Below are positions 60,101 through 64,000 of a stretch of 64,000 bases of DNA, piece by piece. The position numbers and the translations under genes are program-made. Numbering within the stretch: the first letter of the stretch is position 1; every line of letters begins with the position of its first letter. Below the pieces are notes generated by a model. It did not search any database and was not told the DNA's origin. It was given only the letters and a program-made list of their open reading frames with translations. Source of the stretch: an uncultured Verrucomicrobia subdivision 3 bacterium (GTDB lineage: Bacteria > Verrucomicrobiota > Verrucomicrobiia > Limisphaerales > UBA11358); assembly GCA_903870815.1 (NCBI GenBank), contig CAIQEI010000025.1, positions 30,661 through 94,660 on the forward strand, given 5' to 3'.

Positions 60101-61762
60101 GTGAATATTAACGTTCAGCGGCTGAATAACACCAACAATGCCGTGACCGTGAATTACCACACGGTGAATGGCTCCGCGGTGGCCGGGGTGAATTATACGG
60201 CCACCAGTGGCCTGCTCTCGTTCACCAATGGTCAGACGCTGGCCTCCGTCCTTGTCCCGTTGATTAATGATACCAATGTCACCGGTGATTTGACCTTTAC
60301 CTTCCAGTTGTCGAACCCGACCGGCGGCGCCCAGTTGCTGGCCCCCTCCAATACCGTCGTCGTTATCCAGGACGCGGATGCCGGGTTGTATTTTACCACC
60401 AACTCCACCACCGTGCTCAAGAATGCCGGCAACGTCACCCTCTCGGTGGTCTGCTCCAATCCGCGGGTTGAGCCGGCCAATACCAACGGCATCTCCGTCG
60501 GTTATTATACCGTGGATGGCACTGCCAAGGCGGGGACGGATTATCAGGCCGCCAGCGGCACGCTGGTCTTCGTTAATGGCCTCACCACCAATTCGTTCCC
60601 GGTGACGATTTACAACAATAACGTCGTCTCCGGCAACAAGGGCTTTTCCGTGGTCCTGACCAATGCGACGGCTCCGGGTCAGATTACCTCGCCCGGCACT
60701 GAGAACGTCGTCATCGCCGAGAGCAATGCCGGCTTGAGCTTCTCGCAATCCGGCTACACGGTGTACAAGAATGGCGGCTCTGCCACCATCACGGTTAACC
60801 GGACGGGTAGTCTGAACGGCGTCGTTTCCGTGAATTATATTGCCACCAACGGTACGGCCCAGAATGGCATCAACTTCGTCTCGACCAATGGTACCTTGGT
60901 CTTCAGCAATGGCGTGAGCAGCCAGGCTTTCTCCGTGCCCATTATCGCCAATAACATCGTGAACCCGAACCTCACCGTGTTGCTGCAGTTGCTCAATCCG
61001 GTCAACGCCTTCCTGGTGCCGCCCAGTTCGGCCGTGCTGACCATTCTTGAAAACGGCGGCAGCTTCGTCATTCCGGCGGGGGCGCAGATCGTCACCAATT
61101 ACACCTCCGCTTATGATTACGCCAACAACCTTATCGGCTCCAACGATACGGTGCAGGTGCTGTTCGGATTGCGTGACAGTGCCGGGTTGAACGTGACGAA
61201 CCTGATCGCCTATCTGCTGGCCACCAACGGCGTGCTGTCGCCTACCCCGGCCAGCCAGGTTTATGGACCGCTGATCGTCTATGGTCACTCGGTGTCGCGC
61301 GCGTACACCTTCACGGCCCGCGGCACCAACTCGTTCGCCATTGCCCCGACGTTCGCGCTCTACGATAATGCCAAGCCCATTGGCACGGCCGTGTTCAACT
61401 TCTATCTCGGCACTTGGACCACCAGTTTTGCCAACTCCAACCCCATTGTCATCCTTGATAACACTAACGCCGCGCCGTATCCGTCCATTATCAATGTCAG
61501 CGGCGTCGGTGGTACCCTCATCAAGGCGACCGTCACCTTGAATAAGCTGACCCACACCTCCCCGTCGGACATTGACGCGCTGGTGGTTGCGCCGGTGGGA
61601 ACCAACACCCTGATTATGGCCCATGCCGGTGGCCAACTCAGTGTGACGAACGTCACCCTGACCTTTGACGACAATGCGGCTAATTCTTTGACGCAAACCA
61701 CCCGGCTGACGACCAGCACCAACAAGCCAACGCAGTTTTATCCGGTGCAACGTTTCCCCTGA
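45152..61762 (+). CDS. Giant (~5500 aa) secreted surface protein: PPC-like N-domain, many Calx-beta domains, delta-60-repeat (DUF5122-type) beta-propellers, C-terminal proprotein-convertase P-domain
   Basis: A single uninterrupted ORF. Calx-beta pattern is repeated many times (e.g. [42 protein letters not shown]). Delta-60 repeats occur throughout ([40 protein letters not shown]). The probable true start is GTG 45266, which gives [37 protein letters not shown]. ATG 45152 would overlap the upstream gene by 44 nt and bury the signal peptide. Confidence 0.85.
   Translation: [5536 protein letters not shown]
45845..53013 (+). repeat. Intragenic super-repeat, unit 1 (~7.2 kb)
   Basis: Starts [14 protein letters not shown]...[17 protein letters not shown] and ends ...[19 protein letters not shown]. 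It is colinear with unit 2 through the same order of Calx-beta and delta-60 blocks. Confidence 0.8.
53057..60370 (+). repeat. Intragenic super-repeat, unit 2 (~7.3 kb)
   Basis: Starts [14 protein letters not shown]...[17 protein letters not shown] and ends ...[19 protein letters not shown]. Shared landmark peptides include [49 protein letters not shown] and [31 protein letters not shown]. Confidence 0.8.
58100..58690 (+). other. ~197-aa DUF642/CBM-like (galactose-binding-like) domain inserted in a delta-60 propeller of super-repeat unit 2 only
   Basis: Unit 1 reads [20 protein letters not shown]. Unit 2 reads FLPG[VSSGG...[25 protein letters not shown]...TYTLTAAFG...[19 protein letters not shown]][15 protein letters not shown]. 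The NSFE..P...W start and the (L)DFDNVRV end are typical of this jelly-roll class. Confidence 0.55.
61410..61759 (+). other. Proprotein convertase P-domain-like module at the extreme C-terminus of the giant protein
   Basis: [58 protein letters not shown] fits the P-domain pattern (i.D....s.i.v.......v.v.l.i.H.....D..i.L.sP.Gt...L). Confidence 0.6.
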
Positions 61763-61796
61763 TGTCGTAAGGCGTAATTTTTAACGAGCGATTTTT

Positions 61797-64000
61797 ATGT
61801 GCAAGATGTTTTTCAAGATGGGCCTCGGTTTGCTGGCGGCGGTGGGTCTGGCGTGGCCGGCGGTGGCGGCCATGCCCGGCCTGCGGGCTTTGAATGGCCA
61901 TGTGCCCGCCATGGCTTCGCAACTAGTTGCCACCGGCCAGTTGGCTACTACCAACCGTCTGCACCTCGCCATTGGCCTGCCCCTGCATAATCAGGGTGGA
62001 TTGGATGCGCTGCTCCAGCAGATCAATGATCCGGCCAGCCCCATTTATCATCACTATTTGACGCCGGATCAGTTCGCGGCCCAGTTTGGCCCCACGCCGG
62101 CGGATTATCAGGCTGTGCTGGATTTTGCGAAGACCAACGGTTTGACGGTGACCCGTACCCACGGCAACCGTATGCTCGTGGATGTGGATGCACCAGTCGG
62201 CGCGGTCGAAAAATCGTTCCATGTCACCATGCGGACCTATCATCATCCTTCAGCTGCCCGGGATTTTTTCGCTCCCGACTCCGAGCCGACCGTGGACGCA
62301 CGCTTGCCTATGTTGAGCATTCAGGGCATGAACAATTATGTCTTGCCTCATCCCCTGTTGCAGAAACGGCCGGCTTCAATTCCCCGGCCTTCTATTGGCT
62401 CGGGTCCGGGCGGCGGCTACATGGGGCAGGATTTTCGTAATGCTTATGTGCCGGGCTCAGCCTTGAACGGTTCTGGTCAGGTGGTCGGCTTGCTCCAATT
62501 TGACGGTTATTATGCCAGCGATATTGCGGCCTATGAAAGCCTGGCGGGATTGCCCAGTGTGCCCCTGCAAAACGTTTTGCTGGACGGCTTCAATGGCGCG
62601 CCGGGGTTCAACAACGATGAGGTTTGTCTGGATATCGAAACTTCCATCTCCATGGCTCCGGGTTTGTCCTCGGTGGTGGTGTTTGAGGCGGGACCATTCG
62701 GTAATCCCAACGACATCTTGAGCAGCATGGCTGCCAGTAATACCATCAAGCAGTTGAGCGCTTCCTGGGGCTATTACGTGGATGCCACCACCGAGCAGCT
62801 TTATAAACAGTTGGCTGTGCAGGGGCAGACTTTTTTTAATGCTTCCGGGGACGGCGATGCCTGGATTGGTCCCATTCCTTATGGATCTTGCGAGGATCCG
62901 AACATCACCATTGTGGGCGGGACAACCTTGACGATGAATGGCACCGGTACTTCCTATGCCTCCGAGAAGGTCTGGAACTGGGGCAATGTGGGCGACTATA
63001 ACTGGAATCCCGATGGGTATGCCGGCAGCAGCGGTGGTATCAGCACCGATGTCGCCATCCCGAGCTGGCAGAAAGGCATCAGTATGGCCACCAACCACGG
63101 TTCCACCACCAAACGGAATCTTCCGGATGTGGCGTTGACCGGGGATAATGTTTTTGTCGTCTCCAGTGGTGGCGCTCAAGGCATCTTTGGCGGCACCAGT
63201 TGCGCCTCGCCGTTATGGGCTGGTTTTATGGCCTTAGTGAACCAGCAGGCCGCTCTCAACGGCAAACCTTCCATCGGCTTTCTGGCTCCGGTGGTTTATG
63301 CCTTGGCTCAAACCGGCGGCTATAACAACTATTTTCATGATACCACCGCGGGCGACAATACTTGGGATCAAAGTCTCAACAACTTTTTTGCCGTGCCGGG
63401 TTATGACCTGGCCACCGGTTTGGGCACGCCCAATGGCACCGCCCTCATCAATGCGCTCGCGTCGGGCGGTTCCTCCGTTGGGCCGACCATTTCTGCGCCG
63501 TTGGCGCCCTGGGGAAATACGTTGGCCGTTATGAATGGTAGTAACCCGAACGGGGCATGGTTCCTTTTTGTTCAGGATGACCTGCCGCTGAACGTCGGCA
63601 TCATCACCAACGGCTGGTCGGTCGCGCTCACCACCGCCAGTCCGGTTGGTTACGCTGCTGACAATCAGGTATACGCCGCGCCCGCTGCCTTTTCCGCCTT
63701 CCCCAACTCCGCCTGGTCGGTGACGCTAGCGGTTACTAATTATGGCCCGTCCATCTCTACCAACGTTTACGTCACGGACACTTTCCCGGTGCCCGTCGCC
63801 GCGGTTACGCTGGTATCCACCGTCCCCTCGGCCGGCGTCACTATCGTCGGCGATACGCTGACTTGGACGGTGGGCACCTTGGCGGTCAACGCCGGTGCTA
63901 GTCTGGTCTTGAATTTTAATGTCGGCTCCTCGGCCCTCGGCCTTTACACCAACAGCGTTGTGGTTCATGCCGCCACGAGCGACCCGAATCCGGATGATAA
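61797..64000 (+). CDS. Secreted S53 (sedolisin/kumamolisin-like) serine peptidase with pro-domain, followed by a P-domain-like tail and a DUF11-like repeat; partial, runs off the window
   Basis: Hand-translated from ATG 61797; the ORF is open to 64000, so the ORF track does not list it. Signal peptide MCKMFFKMGLGLLAAVGLAWPAVAA. Pro-kumamolisin activation block (INDPASPIYHHYLTPDQFAAQFGPTPADYQAVLDFAKTNGLTV). Catalytic Ser motif GGTSCASPLWAGF. Then NPNGAWFLFVQDDLPLNVGIITNGWSVAL and LAVTNYGPSISTNVYVTD...LTWTVGTLAVNAGASL. Confidence 0.85.
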   Translation, partial: MCKMFFKMGLGLLAAVGLAWPAVAAMPGLRALNGHVPAMASQLVATGQLATTNRLHLAIGLPLHNQGGLDALLQQINDPASPIYHHYLTPDQFAAQFGPTPADYQAVLDFAKTNGLTVTRTHGNRMLVDVDAPVGAVEKSFHVTMRTYHHPSAARDFFAPDSEPTVDARLPMLSIQGMNNYVLPHPLLQKRPASIPRPSIGSGPGGGYMGQDFRNAYVPGSALNGSGQVVGLLQFDGYYASDIAAYESLAGLPSVPLQNVLLDGFNGAPGFNNDEVCLDIETSISMAPGLSSVVVFEAGPFGNPNDILSSMAASNTIKQLSASWGYYVDATTEQLYKQLAVQGQTFFNASGDGDAWIGPIPYGSCEDPNITIVGGTTLTMNGTGTSYASEKVWNWGNVGDYNWNPDGYAGSSGGISTDVAIPSWQKGISMATNHGSTTKRNLPDVALTGDNVFVVSSGGAQGIFGGTSCASPLWAGFMALVNQQAALNGKPSIGFLAPVVYALAQTGGYNNYFHDTTAGDNTWDQSLNNFFAVPGYDLATGLGTPNGTALINALASGGSSVGPTISAPLAPWGNTLAVMNGSNPNGAWFLFVQDDLPLNVGIITNGWSVALTTASPVGYAADNQVYAAPAAFSAFPNSAWSVTLAVTNYGPSISTNVYVTDTFPVPVAAVTLVSTVPSAGVTIVGDTLTWTVGTLAVNAGASLVLNFNVGSSALGLYTNSVVVHAATSDPNPDD

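Noticed and set aside
1-64000. Mobile elements, prophage, toxin-antitoxin or defence islands.
   Set aside because: No integrase, transposase, recombinase, terminal inverted repeat or compositional break was recognised while reading. The accessory-looking part (37-64 kb) has the same GC-rich codon style as the housekeeping part.

Overview
GC-rich bacterial chromosome segment with no rRNA, tRNA, CRISPR or transposase/integrase genes. Gene content and protein style suggest the PVC group, probably Verrucomicrobiota (giant Calx-beta/delta-60-repeat proteins, an Akkermansia-like pilM to secretin locus); this assignment is inference. Bases 1-29.6 kb are mostly housekeeping genes: mfd, sucD, gltA, trpE, a frameshifted recF, trpS, an rRNA methyltransferase, kdsD, pheA, rpsU, cca, a GT9 glycosyltransferase and others. 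A staphyloxanthin-like C30 carotenoid locus sits at 15.9-22.8 kb, with two CrtN/CrtP-type desaturases, a GT2, a CrtO-like acyltransferase and a class-3 ALDH. From 29.7 kb a same-strand type IV pilus-like assembly module begins: a PilM-PilN fusion, an Amuc_1100-like protein, a small TM protein and a secretin. The secretin beta-barrel domain is split by one in-frame TAA into two ORFs, and the second ORF has its own SD-like site, ATG and Sec-type signal peptide. The first ORF carries a near-perfect 21-nt (GGGGGQY) tandem array. A translationally coupled 5'-3' exonuclease gene follows, and then a tightly packed block of more than 26 kb of signal-peptide proteins runs to the window end. This block holds a 7-blade propeller-like protein, a T/N/Y-rich protein with a He_PIG domain, a 1147-aa protein, a 5536-aa giant built from two ~7.2-kb super-repeats and ending in a proprotein-convertase P-domain, and a partial S53 sedolisin. 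I consider the secretin module plus this giant-protein/protease block the best candidate for an undescribed surface-assembly or secretion system. Smaller observations: AT-rich heptanucleotide tandem arrays abut several start codons, and one lies inside the mfd coding sequence. A 52-codon zinc-ribbon ORF appears to be coupled to trpE. All family calls rest on motif recognition by eye; no searches were run.
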